A stretch of 64,000 bases of DNA, from NCBI GenBank assembly GCA_025061735.1, contig JANXAU010000044.1, positions 13,933-77,932 on the forward strand, in the 5' to 3' direction. Below the pieces are notes generated by a model that saw only the letters and a program-made list of their open reading frames with translations, did no database searches and was not told the origin of the DNA. The stretch comes from Candidatus Bipolaricaulota bacterium (GTDB lineage: Bacteria; Bipolaricaulota; Bipolaricaulia; RBG-16-55-9; DRXL01). Of the stretch, positions 48,458 to 59,741 are shown piece by piece. Both the position numbers and the translations under genes were made by a program. Numbering within the stretch: position 1 is the stretch's first letter; every line of letters begins with the position of its first letter.

Positions 48458-50065
48458 ATGTGGCAGCGTTGGGTGGTGGGAGGGCTTTTCTCTGTCTTGG
48501 CGTTGGTGTTGTCGGGATGTTGGCCGATGCCGCAGCAGATCGCCGTCAGTCCCGACGGTCGCTTTCTAGCGCTCTCGATGCCCTTGGAGACTCAGGGGCT
48601 TTATGAGCCGCTTGCAGAGCGCTCGCAGCTCTGGCTGGTCGAGCGAGCGACGGGCGAGATCGTCACGGCCATCCGCGATGGCGAGAGGATCTCGTGGGTG
48701 ACGTGGTCGCCCGATGGACAAGAGCTGCTCTACGTCGCCAGCACGGGGCTGCGAGCTGTAGATGAGCTGTTGCTGGCCGACGAATGGCGCCTGATGCTCT
48801 ATCGTCTAGAGACGGGAGAGCGCCGTCTGCTGCTGGCCGACCGAGAGAGCGTCCCGTGGGGCCTGAGCTTCTCTCCCGACGGGCAGCAGATCGCGTACTA
48901 CCGAGTCACTGACGAAGGCAAGATCGACCTGGTGCTTTTGGACAGAGTCGGTCAAGAGTCGCGAGTCGTTCAGACGATCCAAGAGGGGGGGCGCTTGCGC
49001 TATCTCCCCTACGGGCCGCGGCTTTTGTGGCTGAAAGACAGCGACACGCCCGCGCTGGTGCTGGTGCGCGTCGAGGAGCTGCTCCCCAGCGAGGAGCTGC
49101 CCGCGCTAGAAGAGGCGACGAGCGTGCGCGTGGCACGCGGCCGGATCGTGCGCGTTCAGCTCGATTGCCTCTGCGAAGCAGAGATCGCGCGCGGGTATTA
49201 CCCGGTGCTGCCGGTTCCGTTGTTTATCGTCGCTTCGCCCGATGGGCGCCGGCTCTATTTCAACGGCTACTCTCATAGCTTTGCGCTCACCCCCGAAGAG
49301 CCGATCTATCTCTATGAGATGGACATCGAAGAGCGTCAGATGTTTGCTATTTATGATGGCGACGGGATCGCGCTCGCCCCGGCGATCTCTCCCGACGGTT
49401 CGCAACTGCTCTTCACGGTCATCGAGCACCAGAAGAGCGATCTCTATCTGCGCAGCTTTCAGGCGCTCTCGCCCGCCGCAAAGATCACCCATGACGGCCG
49501 TTCGGGGTTTGGCTTCTGGCTGACGGACGAGGAGATCGCCTTTCTGCGGCGCGTCCAGGCCGATCAACCCGCCGGCGAGCTGTGGCGCAAGCACCTGATC
49601 TCTGGGGAAGAAGAGGCGCTGACGCCTCTGTTGGCCAGGCAGAGACGCACGGCAGAGTTAAGCGTTCAACTGGCGGCCGCGCAGCAAGAGGCCCAGCAGT
49701 ACAGACAAGAACTCATCCAGACTCAAGAGACCCTCCAAGAGCTTCAGAACCGAATCGAGCTGCTTCGTCAGTCTCTGCAAGAGTTGAGCGCGGAATTGCA
49801 GGCGCAATCGCAGCGGACGGTCGAAGAGATCGCGCGCCAATGGATTGACCCGGTGCAGCAGATCAACGCGCTGCGTCAAGCCGTCTCAGAATTGAGAAAA
49901 CAAACCGAAGGGATTGATGCCAAGCTCACCGAGCTGCAGAAGCGTCCGCAGCTTGATCTGTGGACAGTCGCGCTGATCGTTGCTATCGGAGCGCTCGTGG
50001 TGATCGTGATCTTAAGGCGCTCATTCAGAACGATCGTTCAGGCGTTGGCCTTCCCGCCCCAGTAG
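48458..50065 (+). CDS. putative lipoprotein with TolB-like beta-propeller, coiled coil and C-terminal TM
   Basis: Lipobox LSGC, five SPDG repeats, Q/E/L heptads, hydrophobic C-terminal segment followed by RR. Confidence 0.7.
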   Translation: MWQRWVVGGLFSVLALVLSGCWPMPQQIAVSPDGRFLALSMPLETQGLYEPLAERSQLWLVERATGEIVTAIRDGERISWVTWSPDGQELLYVASTGLRAVDELLLADEWRLMLYRLETGERRLLLADRESVPWGLSFSPDGQQIAYYRVTDEGKIDLVLLDRVGQESRVVQTIQEGGRLRYLPYGPRLLWLKDSDTPALVLVRVEELLPSEELPALEEATSVRVARGRIVRVQLDCLCEAEIARGYYPVLPVPLFIVASPDGRRLYFNGYSHSFALTPEEPIYLYEMDIEERQMFAIYDGDGIALAPAISPDGSQLLFTVIEHQKSDLYLRSFQALSPAAKITHDGRSGFGFWLTDEEIAFLRRVQADQPAGELWRKHLISGEEEALTPLLARQRRTAELSVQLAAAQQEAQQYRQELIQTQETLQELQNRIELLRQSLQELSAELQAQSQRTVEEIARQWIDPVQQINALRQAVSELRKQTEGIDAKLTELQKRPQLDLWTVALIVAIGALVVIVILRRSFRTIVQALAFPPQ

Positions 50066-50724
50066 AGCGTGACGATGCCTCCGGTGAAGTCTTCGTAGCC
50101 CACGGGGCGAAAGCCCAGCTCGTGCAGCTCACTCAATATCTGGGCGCGCGCGGGGAAGGCTTCTATCGAGTCGCGCAGATACACATAGGGATCGCGCGAT
50201 CCCGTGAGCAGTCCCCCAAGAGAGGGCAGAAGATATCGAAGATAGACGCGATAGAGAGAGCGCACCAAAAAGCTCTGGGGCAGGGAAAACTCTAAGATGA
50301 ACGCACGCCCCTTGGGCTTGAGCACGCGATAAATCTCGCGCAACCCTTGCAAACGATCCGCGAAATTGCGCACCCCAAACGCCACGGTCACTATATCAAA
50401 AGATTGATCGTCAAACGAGAGATGCAGCGCATCTCCGTGTTGGAGCGCGATCTGCTGTTCTAGCCCCAATCTTGTGAGTTTTTCGCGCGCGACCTGCAAC
50501 ATCGGCAGAGAGATATCTACCCCAATGATCTCTAGCTCCGGGCAGCTTTTTGCAAACTCAATCGCGAGGTCTCCCGTGCCCGTGCAGAGATCGAGCACGC
50601 GTTCGCCGGGTCGGGGCCCGGCTCTCTTGACGAGCCAGCGGCGCCACGCCCGATCCCGATAGGCGCTCAAGATGTGATTGGCGAGATCGTAGCGCGAGGC
50701 GATGGGCGCGAAGAGATCGGCCAT
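50038..50724 (-). CDS. menG: UbiE/MenG quinone C-methyltransferase
   Basis: IA.RYDL.N, VLDLCTGTGD, VAFGVRN, ILEFS, Y.YL..SI..FP. Confidence 0.85.
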   Translation of the reverse strand: MADLFAPIASRYDLANHILSAYRDRAWRRWLVKRAGPRPGERVLDLCTGTGDLAIEFAKSCPELEIIGVDISLPMLQVAREKLTRLGLEQQIALQHGDALHLSFDDQSFDIVTVAFGVRNFADRLQGLREIYRVLKPKGRAFILEFSLPQSFLVRSLYRVYLRYLLPSLGGLLTGSRDPYVYLRDSIEAFPARAQILSELHELGFRPVGYEDFTGGIVTLYWGGKANA

Positions 50725-50725
50725 C

Positions 50726-51082
50726 TCACTTCACGATCCCGGAGATCTCAATGCGCACATCTTCGATCTCCAGTCCCGCCAGCTCACGTACTTTCGCTTT
50801 GATCTCCTTGATCGCTTTCTGAGCCGCCTCGTGAATGCGCACCCCATAGAGCGCAAAGAGCGAGAGCTTGATCACGATGCGATCTTTCTCTTTGAGGACT
50901 TCCACGCCGTCGCCCTTGACGGCGCGCGCCAGCGTGCTGAAGAAGTTCGAGCCGTCGCGCACCTGCTTGGGGGTGCGCAGCCCCTCTTGCTCGCTGATCA
51001 CCTTCGCGCAGATCTGCGAGATCGCCTTCTCGGAGATGAAGATCTCGCCCAGCTCGCTGCTGATCTTTCTCAACTCGGCCAT
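50726..51082 (-). CDS. Asp23/Gls24 family protein (second paralog)
   Basis: LGEIFISEKAI, DGV, YGV.I, ELAGL.I..V.I.I.GI. Confidence 0.8.
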   Translation of the reverse strand: MAELRKISSELGEIFISEKAISQICAKVISEQEGLRTPKQVRDGSNFFSTLARAVKGDGVEVLKEKDRIVIKLSLFALYGVRIHEAAQKAIKEIKAKVRELAGLEIEDVRIEISGIVK

Positions 51083-51086
51083 AGTC

Positions 51087-52607
51087 TCATTCTATCAGAT
51101 TCTGTCCGGTCATCTCTTTGGGCTGGGCGAGGCCCATCAGGGCCAGCATCGTCGGGGCGATGTCGCCCAACTTCCCGCCCGCCCTCAAGGTTATAGCACG
51201 CGGCCCAACGTAAATCAAGGGGCCTGGGCTGTGCGTGTGCGCCGTGTGCGGGCGCCCCGCTTCGTCCCTCATCCTATCGGCGTTGCCATGATCGGCCGTG
51301 ATCAGGAGTTCGCCGTTCACCGAGCGAGTCGCCTCTACGATCTGTCCTAAACAGTCGTCTACGGCTTCGACGGCCCTCACAGCCGCTTCAAAAATCCCCG
51401 TGTGGCCCACCATGTCGGGGTTGGCATAGTTAATGAGAATAAAATCATAGCGACAGGTCAGAATCTGTTGGATGGCTTTTTGAGTGACTTCGTAAGCCGA
51501 CATCTCTGGTTTCAAATCATACGTAGCGACCTTGGGGGAGGGGATGAGAATGCGATCTTCTCTGGGGAAGGGGGTCTCGCGCCCGTTGTTGAAAAAATAC
51601 GTGACGTGCGCGTACTTTTCGGTCTCGGCGATGCGTAGCTGCGTCAGCCCAACATCGCTGAGCACCTCACCAAAGATGTTCTGTAACGGTTCTTCGCTGG
51701 GGAAGGCTGCGGGCAGCGTAGAGCGTTCGTCGTAGGGGGTTAGGGTGACGAATTCTACCGCGGGGCGCGGTCCGCGCTCAACGAGGGAGAAGCTCTCTTC
51801 GGTGAAGGCGCGGGTGAGCTGGCGGGCGCGGTCGGCGCGAAAGTTAAAGAAGATCACAGCGTCGTTATCGCGGATCGTACCGTCGGGATCTAAGATGATC
51901 GGCTCGACGAACTCGTCGGTCTGGCCGCGCGCGTAGGCGCGGCGCAGGGCTTCTACAGGGGGGCCGGGATCGCGCTGGCCTTCGCCCCAGCGCAGCGCTC
52001 GATAGGCTCGCTCGGTGCGCTCCCAGCGGTTGTCGCGATCCATCGCCCAGTAGCGCCCGATGAGCGTAGCAATCGTGCCCAGCCCGCGCTGCTCGCAGCA
52101 CTCCTCTAGCTTTTGCAGATACTCCGCCCCTGACGTGGGCGGGGTATCGCGCCCGTCCAGAAAAGCGTGAATATAGAGATGATAGACGTGCTCGCGTTGA
52201 GCGAGTTCTATCAGTGCTAAGAGATGCTCAAAGAAGCTGTGCACGCCGCCGTCGCTGACCAAGCCCATCAGATGCAGGCGGCTCTTTTGTTCTTGGGCGT
52301 GGAGGATGGCTCGCAAGAGCGCGGGATTTCTGAAGAAGCTTCCGTCATGGATGGCTTGGGTGATGCGCGTGGAGGTCTGCAAGACGACGCGGCCCGCGCC
52401 CAGATTCTGATGCCCCACTTCGGAGTTGCCGAACTGCCCTTCGGGCAGTCCTACTGCCAATCCGTCGGTGCGCACGAGCGTATGCGGGCAGTCGCGCCAG
52501 TAGCGCGTGAAGTTCGGCGTGCGGGCTGCCGCGATGGCGTTCCCACAAGTCTCTTCGCGCATCCCCCAGCCGTCTAAGACGACGAGCACATACGGGCGTT
52601 TGGGCAT
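51087..52607 (-). CDS. gpmI: 2,3-bisphosphoglycerate-independent phosphoglycerate mutase
   Basis: LDGWG, GNSEVGH, SDGGVHS, DGRD, NFRADRARQ, NPDMVGHTG, ADHGN. Confidence 0.96.
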   Translation of the reverse strand: MPKRPYVLVVLDGWGMREETCGNAIAAARTPNFTRYWRDCPHTLVRTDGLAVGLPEGQFGNSEVGHQNLGAGRVVLQTSTRITQAIHDGSFFRNPALLRAILHAQEQKSRLHLMGLVSDGGVHSFFEHLLALIELAQREHVYHLYIHAFLDGRDTPPTSGAEYLQKLEECCEQRGLGTIATLIGRYWAMDRDNRWERTERAYRALRWGEGQRDPGPPVEALRRAYARGQTDEFVEPIILDPDGTIRDNDAVIFFNFRADRARQLTRAFTEESFSLVERGPRPAVEFVTLTPYDERSTLPAAFPSEEPLQNIFGEVLSDVGLTQLRIAETEKYAHVTYFFNNGRETPFPREDRILIPSPKVATYDLKPEMSAYEVTQKAIQQILTCRYDFILINYANPDMVGHTGIFEAAVRAVEAVDDCLGQIVEATRSVNGELLITADHGNADRMRDEAGRPHTAHTHSPGPLIYVGPRAITLRAGGKLGDIAPTMLALMGLAQPKEMTGQNLIE

Positions 52608-52613
52608 AATTTA

Positions 52614-52674
52614 ATTATAGAGTCTCAAGACGAGCAGGTGCAAGCTTGTCTGTCGAGTCCGCAGCGATTACAAT
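52614..52674. promoter_or_regulatory. divergent near-leaderless promoters for gpmI and dtd
   Basis: Minus: TTGCAC-18bp-TATAAT-6nt-ATG; plus: TTGTCT-17bp-TACAAT-9nt-ATG. Confidence 0.7.
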
Positions 52675-52683
52675 CAATAAACT

Positions 52684-53148
52684 ATGCGCATCGTTCTTCA
52701 GCGCGTTTTGGAAGCTTCTGTAGAAGTAGATGGCCGGATCGTGGGGCGGATCGGCCCCGGCTTGCTGATCTTTTTGGGGATTGCCAAGGGGGATACCGAG
52801 CGCGACGTGACGTTCTTGGCGGATCGCGTGCTGGGGCTGCGCATCTTTGAAGACGAATCGGGAAAGATGAACCTCTCTGTCAAAGACGTGCAAGGCGAGC
52901 TGCTGGTCGTCTCGCAGTTTACGCTCTACGGCAGCACGCTCAAGGGGCGTCGTCCCGGCTTTGACGCCGCCGCACCGCCCGATCAGGCCCGCGTGCTCTA
53001 TGAGCTGTTCCTGCAAGAACTGCGACGCAGCGGCTTGAAGACGGAATCAGGGATCTTCGGCGCACGGATGAGAGTCTCTTTAATTAACAACGGCCCCGTC
53101 ACGTTTATCTTAGAGAGCGAGCCGGTTGCGAAAGCGTCCTCTACTTGA
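52684..53148 (+). CDS. dtd: D-aminoacyl-tRNA deacylase
   Basis: [19 protein letters not shown]. Confidence 0.95.
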   Translation: MRIVLQRVLEASVEVDGRIVGRIGPGLLIFLGIAKGDTERDVTFLADRVLGLRIFEDESGKMNLSVKDVQGELLVVSQFTLYGSTLKGRRPGFDAAAPPDQARVLYELFLQELRRSGLKTESGIFGARMRVSLINNGPVTFILESEPVAKASST

Positions 53149-53179
53149 TAAGATAACCGCTGCAGAAAGCACGGAACCG

Positions 53180-53216
53180 TCACGGAAAACCCGGGTCATT
53201 TTCCGTGATTTTCTCT
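53180..53216 (+). terminator. intrinsic terminator or attenuator between dtd and rpmF
   Basis: 10-bp IR TCACGGAAAA/TTTTCCGTGA followed by TTTTCTCT. Confidence 0.6.
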
Positions 53217-53250
53217 ATTTGACCGTCAAGACCCGAAGGGAGCTGTCACT

Positions 53251-53451
53251 ATGGGTCAGGGACAACCCAAGTACCGAAGATCGAGTTCGCAGAAGCGCAT
53301 GCATCGCGAAGCGAGCTACAAGTTTACGCCGGTGACGATCGTCGAGTGTCCGCGCTGCCATGAGCCGAAGATCCCCCACCGCGTTTGTCTCCACTGCGGC
53401 TACTATCGCGATATGGAGGTCATCGCGATGAAGGAGCCAGAGACGAAGTAA
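53251..53451 (+). CDS. rpmF: 50S ribosomal protein L32 (zinc-binding type)
   Basis: PK...S...R, CPRC..K.PHRVC..CGYY. Confidence 0.9.
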   Translation: MGQGQPKYRRSSSQKRMHREASYKFTPVTIVECPRCHEPKIPHRVCLHCGYYRDMEVIAMKEPETK

Positions 53452-53455
53452 GTCT

Positions 53456-53788
53456 ATGCCGCGCGTTGCCCGCCCCAAGTTGGTGCGCGACAAGATCCCC
53501 GAGCTCTTGATGCGAGCGGGTCGGCGTCCGATCTTTCGTCGGGTCAAGGGAGACGAACTTCAGGCCTACGCCGATCAGAAGATCCTTGAAGAGGCCCGAG
53601 ATTTTGCCCGATCTTCCCAGATTGAAGACAAGATCGAAGAGCTGATAGATCTGTTGGAGATCGTCTACTTTCGGCTTCGGCTGGAGGGGGTTTCTGCTCA
53701 GGAGGCCCACGATCGGATGGCGCGCAAGCGTCGAGAGCGCGGGGGCTTTGAGGGTGGCGTGGTGCTCGAATCCGTCCAAGCCCTCTAG
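53456..53788 (+). CDS. MazG-like nucleoside triphosphate pyrophosphohydrolase
   Basis: KLVRDKIP, KILEE, EELIDLLEI, KR.ERGGF. Confidence 0.82.
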   Translation: MPRVARPKLVRDKIPELLMRAGRRPIFRRVKGDELQAYADQKILEEARDFARSSQIEDKIEELIDLLEIVYFRLRLEGVSAQEAHDRMARKRRERGGFEGGVVLESVQAL

Positions 53789-53830
53789 TTGACAAGGGGC
53801 TTCTTTTTGGAGTAAACTTTCAGTGCCTAG

Positions 53831-53905
53831 GGGCCGTTAGCTCAGTGGTAGAGCATCTGCCTTTTAAGCAGAGGGTCGGAGGTTCGATCCCTCCACGGCC
53901 TACCA
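53831..53905 (+). tRNA. tRNA-Lys (anticodon TTT)
   Basis: Acceptor GGGCCGT/ACGGCCT, arm TCTGC-CT TTT AA-GCAGA, GTTCGAT, CCA; TTGACA..TAAACT promoter upstream. Confidence 0.96.
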
Positions 53906-53985
53906 GATTTGCAGCCTGCCTAGCTCGCTCCGTATAATAGCGCAAACTTTCAATCTCATCGGTGGGAGGGAGTTCACGAAGAGCT

Positions 53986-56124
53986 ATGGATCTCGTATAC
54001 GTTTCGGGAGTCGTCAGCCTGCTGACGTTGGGCTGGGTCGGGTACTTGATCGTCCGGGTGCGCTCGTTTGACGAAGGCGAGGAGAAGATCCGCCAGCTCT
54101 CTTCGTACGTGCGCGAGGGCGCGGAGGCCTTCTTGAGAAGGCAGTACTTCGTCGTTGGGATCTTCTTGATCGCGCTCTTTGCGGTGCTGCTGGTGATGGC
54201 GCTGGCGGGACTGCTCAACCCTTGGGCGCCGTGGGCTTTTCTCACCGCGGGGGCTTTTTCGGGGCTCGCGGGCTATCTGGGGATGAAGATCGCCACCGCC
54301 AGCAACGGACGCACCACCACGGCTGCCAAGCAGAGCCTCAACAAAGCGCTGCGGGTTGCGTTTGAGGCCGGCAGCGTGATGGGGTTTTCGGTCGTGGGCT
54401 TGGGCTTGCTCTACATCAGCTTTTGGTTTATCTTGCTCTATCATCTCCAAGTTCCTCTTCCTGAGATCGCTCAGGTGCTCCTGACATCGGCGATGGGAGC
54501 GAGTTCCGTGGCGCTCTTTGCGCGCGTCGGCGGCGGCATCTTCACCAAGGCCGCTGACGTTGGAGCCGATCTCGCCGGTAAGGTCGAAGCGGGCATCCCC
54601 GAAGACGACCCCCGCAACCCCGCGGTCATCGCCGACAACGTTGGCGATAACGTCGGGGACGTCGCGGGCATGGGAGCTGATCTCTATGAGTCCTACGTGG
54701 GCGCGATCATCGCCGCGGCAGCGCTAGGGATTTCGGCGTTTGCAGGCTCGACGCTCATCTGGCAGAGCGTCGCGTACCCGTTACTGATCGCCGCTGTTGG
54801 GATTATCTGCTCTGTAGTGGGGAGCTTCTTGGTGCAAGCCCGCGAGGAAGCTTCCCAAGGCGAACTGCTCACGGCGCTGCGCCGCGGCGTCTATACCAGC
54901 TCGGCCCTCATCGCGATTTTCGCATTTATTCTGACGATCGCGCTCTTTGGATGGCAGTACTGGGGGCTGTACGTCGCGCTGCTTTTGGGGCTGCTGGCGG
55001 GGATCATCATCGGCTTCTCGGCAGAGTATTATACGTCGCAGCAGTACGAGCCGACGCGCCGGATCAGCGCGGCGGCCCAGACGGGGCCGGCTACCGTGAT
55101 CATCGGCGGGCTGGCTACGGGAATGCTCTCCACGGCGATCCCCGTGGTGACGGTCGTCTTGGCGATTGTGTTAGGCTACGTGGCAGCTTCTACCGGCGGC
55201 GGTGAAGCCGTTGGGTTGTTTGGAATCGGCATGGCCGCGGTGGGGATGCTCTCGACGCTGGGGATCACGTTGGCGAGCGATGCCTATGGCCCGGTCGCCG
55301 ATAACGCCGGCGGCATCGCTGAGATGTCGCATCAGAAGCCGGAAGTGCGCAAGCGCACCGACGCGCTCGATGCGCTGGGCAACACCAACGCGGCCGTCGG
55401 CAAGGGCTTTGCGATTGGGTCGGCCGCGCTGACGGCCCTGGCGCTCATCACCAACTATCGCGACCAGATCAAGCAGCAGCTAGAAGCTTTGGGAGGGAAG
55501 GCCGTGGCGGTGCTCAGCGGGCGCGTCACGGTGGACGTCAAACAGATAGATCACGCGCTCTCGCTGGGGGATCCGTATGTGCTCTTGGGGCTGTTTGTGG
55601 GCGGGATGCTGCCCTTCTTGTTCTGCGCGCTGACGATGAGCAGCGTGGGGCGCGCGGCGGGCAAGATCGTCGAGGAAGTACGAAGACAGTTTAGAGAGAT
55701 CCCCGGTTTGCTCGAAGGGCGCGCCAAAGCCGATTATTCCAAAGCCGTTGAGATCAGCACCAAGACGGCCCATCGCGAGATGGTGCTGCCCGCGCTCCTA
55801 GCCATCCTCGCCCCGCTGATCACGGGGATTCTCTTTGGAGCGCCGGCAGTCATGGGCGTCTTGGTGGGCGCGCTCGTCTCGGGGTTTGTGCTGGCGCTCT
55901 TGATGGCCAACTCCGGAGGCGCGTGGGACAATGCCAAAAAGTACATTGAAGAAGGTCACTTCGGCGGCAAGGGCTCGCAACCCCACAAAGCCGCGGTCGT
56001 CGGCGACACCGTGGGCGACCCCTTCAAGGACACCTCGGGGCCGTCGCTCAATATTCTGATCAAGCTGATGTCGATTGTGGCGCTGGTCTTTGTGGGGCTG
56101 GTGATTCGATTCGCGCTCTTTTAA
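53986..56124 (+). CDS. hppA: K+-dependent membrane-bound ion-pumping pyrophosphatase (probably Na+)
   Basis: [32 protein letters not shown] (Ala at the K+-dependence site), [10 protein letters not shown]. Confidence 0.93.
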   Translation: MDLVYVSGVVSLLTLGWVGYLIVRVRSFDEGEEKIRQLSSYVREGAEAFLRRQYFVVGIFLIALFAVLLVMALAGLLNPWAPWAFLTAGAFSGLAGYLGMKIATASNGRTTTAAKQSLNKALRVAFEAGSVMGFSVVGLGLLYISFWFILLYHLQVPLPEIAQVLLTSAMGASSVALFARVGGGIFTKAADVGADLAGKVEAGIPEDDPRNPAVIADNVGDNVGDVAGMGADLYESYVGAIIAAAALGISAFAGSTLIWQSVAYPLLIAAVGIICSVVGSFLVQAREEASQGELLTALRRGVYTSSALIAIFAFILTIALFGWQYWGLYVALLLGLLAGIIIGFSAEYYTSQQYEPTRRISAAAQTGPATVIIGGLATGMLSTAIPVVTVVLAIVLGYVAASTGGGEAVGLFGIGMAAVGMLSTLGITLASDAYGPVADNAGGIAEMSHQKPEVRKRTDALDALGNTNAAVGKGFAIGSAALTALALITNYRDQIKQQLEALGGKAVAVLSGRVTVDVKQIDHALSLGDPYVLLGLFVGGMLPFLFCALTMSSVGRAAGKIVEEVRRQFREIPGLLEGRAKADYSKAVEISTKTAHREMVLPALLAILAPLITGILFGAPAVMGVLVGALVSGFVLALLMANSGGAWDNAKKYIEEGHFGGKGSQPHKAAVVGDTVGDPFKDTSGPSLNILIKLMSIVALVFVGLVIRFALF

Positions 56125-57611
56125 ATCTTGAGGATCTGGGGATCGCGCTCGCGCTGCAGGACGATGTGCGCCAGCCATTGGGGGTTCTCTTGGGGGTAGT
56201 CGCGGCGGATATGCACGCCGCGGCTCTCGGTGCGCAGGAGCGCGCTCTGGGCGATGAGGCGCCCCACGAGCGCGGCCTCTCCCATCTCGGTCAGGCGAGC
56301 GAGCGCGTACTCGAGCCCGGCGCGGTCGCGGACAAGGCCGACGTAGCGCGTCATGATCGAGGGCAGGTCTGGGGGAAGCCTCCAAGGGCGTGTCGGGCAA
56401 GACGAGGGCGTGACAGGCCGCAGCGGAGCTGAAGTCTCCAGCGCCGCCTGCACGGCCCGGCGCGCGAAGACCAGACACTCCAAGAGCGAATTGCTCGCGA
56501 GGCGATTGGCCCCGTGCACCCCTGTGCAGGCGACTTCGCCTACGGCATAGAGGTTCTCGATGTTCGTACGGGCGTGAAGATCGGTGCGAACCCCGCCCAG
56601 GGTATAGTGCGCGGCGGGCGCGACCGGGATGAGATCGCGCGTGGGGTCGAGTCCGTGCGTGCTGAGCATCTCCCAGATGTTGGGGAAGCGCTCACGGATC
56701 AAATCTTTGGGGAGATGGCGCAGATCTAGAAAGACGTGATCGGATTGTTCTTGGCGCATCTCCTCGAAGATGGCGCGGGAGACGACGTCGCGGGGGGCCA
56801 GCTCGGCGCGCTCGTCGTAGCGGGGCATGAAGCGCTCATGCTGTGTATTGAGCAGATAGGCGCCTTCTCCCCGGATGGCTTCGGTGATCAGCCAACTGCG
56901 CGTCTGGGGCAGGGCCAGCGCCGTGGGGTGAAACTGCACGAACTCCATGTCCATCAGCTCGGCGCCGGCTCGATAGGCCAGGGCCATGCCGTCTCCGGTG
57001 GCACCCGGGGGGTTGGTCGTGCGCTCGTAGAGCGCCGCGGCGCCCCCGCTGGCCAAGATCGTGGCGCGCGCGCGCAGCACCAGCTCTCGCTCGCCCTGAA
57101 CGGCACACGCCCCTGCGCAACTCCCCTCAGAGACCAACAGCTCGGTTACGTGCGCTCCCTCCTCCAGCTCGATATCGCGATGCTGGGTCACGAGCTGGGA
57201 GAGCCTTTCGACGATCTGTCTTCCGGTAGAGCTGCCACCCGATTGCACAATACGGCGGCGGCTGTGACCGCCCTCGCGCCCCAAGAGATACTCCCGCCCG
57301 GCGCGATCGAAGGGCACGCCCAAGCGTTCCAGGTCGCGCACGCAGTCGGGGCCTTCGCTCACCAAGACCGCGACGGCTTGAGGGTCACAAAGCCCATGCC
57401 CGGCGCGCAGCGTGTCTTCCAGATGCAGTTGGGGCGAGTCGTGCTCCTCCACCGCCGCGGCGATGCCCCCCTGCGCCCACGCGGAATTCGTATCCGAGAG
57501 CGAGGTCTTGGTCAGGAGCCGCACCCGGCCGTGCTCGCCGGCCAAGAGCGCCGCATATAGCCCCGCGATGCCCGCACCGATCACCAGAAAGTCGCTATCT
57601 TTGCAATCCAT
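56121..57611 (-). CDS. nadB: L-aspartate oxidase
   Basis: GAGIAG, AQGGIAA, EGGHS.RRI, QFHPT, EAIRGEG, HGANRLASNSLLE. Confidence 0.93.
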   Translation of the reverse strand: MDCKDSDFLVIGAGIAGLYAALLAGEHGRVRLLTKTSLSDTNSAWAQGGIAAAVEEHDSPQLHLEDTLRAGHGLCDPQAVAVLVSEGPDCVRDLERLGVPFDRAGREYLLGREGGHSRRRIVQSGGSSTGRQIVERLSQLVTQHRDIELEEGAHVTELLVSEGSCAGACAVQGERELVLRARATILASGGAAALYERTTNPPGATGDGMALAYRAGAELMDMEFVQFHPTALALPQTRSWLITEAIRGEGAYLLNTQHERFMPRYDERAELAPRDVVSRAIFEEMRQEQSDHVFLDLRHLPKDLIRERFPNIWEMLSTHGLDPTRDLIPVAPAAHYTLGGVRTDLHARTNIENLYAVGEVACTGVHGANRLASNSLLECLVFARRAVQAALETSAPLRPVTPSSCPTRPWRLPPDLPSIMTRYVGLVRDRAGLEYALARLTEMGEAALVGRLIAQSALLRTESRGVHIRRDYPQENPQWLAHIVLQRERDPQILKI

Positions 57612-57686
57612 CGGTGATTGCGATTATACCGGGATTTTCTCGGCCCGCAAGTTGCAGAGGGCACGAATTTCGATTATTAATGAGCT

Positions 57687-58787
57687 ATGGACAGAGTCCT
57701 GGCCAAGCTGGAGGAGTTGGCGCGGCAGCATCGGCGCTTAGAAGAAGAATTGAGCCGTCCAGAGACGGTACAGCGCCCCGATTACGCCAAGCTCTCTCAA
57801 GAGTACGCCAAGCTCAAGCGCCCCGTGGAGATCTACGAGCGCCTGGTGGCGTTGGAGCGCACGGTGCGCGAAGCCCAAGAGCTGCTAAACAGCGAGGGCG
57901 AGTTGCGGGTGCTGGCTCGGGAGGAGCTGGAGCGCGCCGAGGGCGAGCGCGCTAAGCTTTTAGAAGAAGCGCGTCTGCTGCTGGTTCCCGAAGACCCGCG
58001 CGATGAGGGCGATGCCATCGTAGAGATCCGCGCCGGGGCTGGGGGCGATGAGTCGGCGCTCTTCGCGGCCGATCTGTTCCGTATGTACCGAAAGTACGCG
58101 GAGTCTCAGGGCCTGCGGGTGGAGGTCTTGGATGCCCATCCCACCCCCTTGGGAGGATTCAAACAGATTGCTTTTGAGGTCGCCGGGGCGGGGGCCTATG
58201 GGCGGTTCAAGTTTGAGAGCGGGGTTCATCGCGTGCAGCGCGTGCCGGAGACCGAAGCCCAAGGGAGAGTCCACACCAGCACCGCGACGGTGGCCGTCCT
58301 GCCCGAGACGACCACCGTGCAGGTGCAAATCCGCGATGAAGATCTGGAGATAGATACGTTTCGCTCTGGGGGGCCGGGAGGGCAGAACGTCAACAAGTTG
58401 GAGACCGCCGTGAGGATCGTGCACAAGCCGACCGGCTTGGTCGTGACGTGTCAGGAGGAGCGCAGCCAGCACAAGAACAAAGAGAAGGCGCTCAAGCTGC
58501 TGCGAGCGCGGCTTCAGGAGCGCTACGAAGCCGAACAGCAGCAGCAGATCACGCAGCAGCGCCGCATCCAGATCGGCACGGCGGCGCGCAGCGAGAAGAT
58601 CCGCACCTACAACTTCCCTCAAAATCGCGTCACCGATCATCGCATCGACCTGACGCTCTATCAGTTGGATCGCATTCTGGAGGGCGATTTGGAAGGGTTG
58701 GTGAGTGCCTTGCAGAGAGCCTATCGCGAGCAGCAGCTCGCCGAGTTAGAAGAGTCGTGGCTGGTGAAGAATCCCGATCTCCCCTAG
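57687..58787 (+). CDS. prfA: peptide chain release factor 1
   Basis: [11 protein letters not shown] (PxT) motif, [18 protein letters not shown]. Confidence 0.95.
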   Translation: MDRVLAKLEELARQHRRLEEELSRPETVQRPDYAKLSQEYAKLKRPVEIYERLVALERTVREAQELLNSEGELRVLAREELERAEGERAKLLEEARLLLVPEDPRDEGDAIVEIRAGAGGDESALFAADLFRMYRKYAESQGLRVEVLDAHPTPLGGFKQIAFEVAGAGAYGRFKFESGVHRVQRVPETEAQGRVHTSTATVAVLPETTTVQVQIRDEDLEIDTFRSGGPGGQNVNKLETAVRIVHKPTGLVVTCQEERSQHKNKEKALKLLRARLQERYEAEQQQQITQQRRIQIGTAARSEKIRTYNFPQNRVTDHRIDLTLYQLDRILEGDLEGLVSALQRAYREQQLAELEESWLVKNPDLP

Positions 58788-58835
58788 CCTTGGGCTTTCT
58801 GCTATAATTATTTTAGAAGGAGGGGCGGAGCACCG

Positions 58836-59737
<902 letters not shown>

Positions 59738-59741
<4 letters not shown>

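Noticed and set aside
53820..54245. 141-aa minus-strand ORF
   Set aside because: Antisense to tRNA-Lys and hppA.
56736..58640. Long antisense ORFs over nadB and prfA
   Set aside because: Shadow ORFs of well-conserved genes.
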